Shown here piece by piece: positions 31,989 to 32,000 of a stretch of 32,000 nt of DNA. Both the position numbers and the translations under genes were made by a program. Every line of letters starts with the position of its first letter. The stretch's first letter is position 1. The stretch is taken from NCBI RefSeq assembly GCF_000025925.1, contig NC_014033.1, positions 1,920,001 through 1,952,000 of the forward strand, given 5' to 3'. Origin of the DNA: Xylanibacter ruminicola 23 (GTDB lineage: Bacteria > Bacteroidota > Bacteroidia > Bacteroidales > Bacteroidaceae). The notes beneath the pieces were generated by a model. That model made no database searches and was not told where the DNA came from. It saw only the letters and a list, made by a program, of their open reading frames with translations.

Positions 31989-32000
31989 CAAGCAGAATAA

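Overview
This is a chromosomal segment that looks Bacteroidales, probably Prevotellaceae. The evidence is about 50% GC, TAnnTTTG '-7' promoter boxes in front of almost every gene, almost no Shine-Dalgarno sites, and typical gene families. That taxonomic call is inference only.

Gene content is mostly housekeeping and carbohydrate or lactate metabolism:
- a secreted EEP-family nuclease/phosphatase (partial) and a type-B carboxylesterase
- a Dld-II/YdiJ-type FAD/Fe-S oxidase broken by one in-frame TAG, divergent from an intact lactate permease
- a DUF4380-like secreted protein, an MFS transporter, a minimal histidine kinase, Hsp20 and Mfd
- a small accessory islet: an HU-like protein, an unannotated 33-aa 'smalltalk'-like peptide, a zeta-toxin/AAA fragment and a small partner ORF
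- a GT2 / acyltransferase / metallophosphoesterase operon
- a DUF4369 lipoprotein / PyrC / stand-alone MetH-activation-domain operon
- an FtsB-like protein and DnaX
- a TPR histidine kinase / sugar porter / REC-only response regulator operon, divergent from a GH51 arabinofuranosidase
- an unknown membrane-anchored protein and a BadF/BadG-type sugar kinase

I found no tRNA, rRNA, CRISPR array, transposase or integrase.

The most unusual signal is at the DNA level. At least six loci carry tandem heptanucleotide arrays of related sequence (ATGGTCA/ATGTTCA and their complement TGACCAT/TGAACAT, plus ACATTAA and GGTGATG/GGTGTGG). Three sit in frame inside conserved genes. Two sit exactly on gene boundaries, where they supply the stop codons. 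Their orientation and point variants follow a keep-the-frame-open rule.

Two further short repeat families are present. One is a 65-67 nt palindromic element built from CRCGAATT units, found at two promoter regions. The other is a set of CTAG-containing odd-length perfect palindromes inside the linker regions of two unrelated genes.
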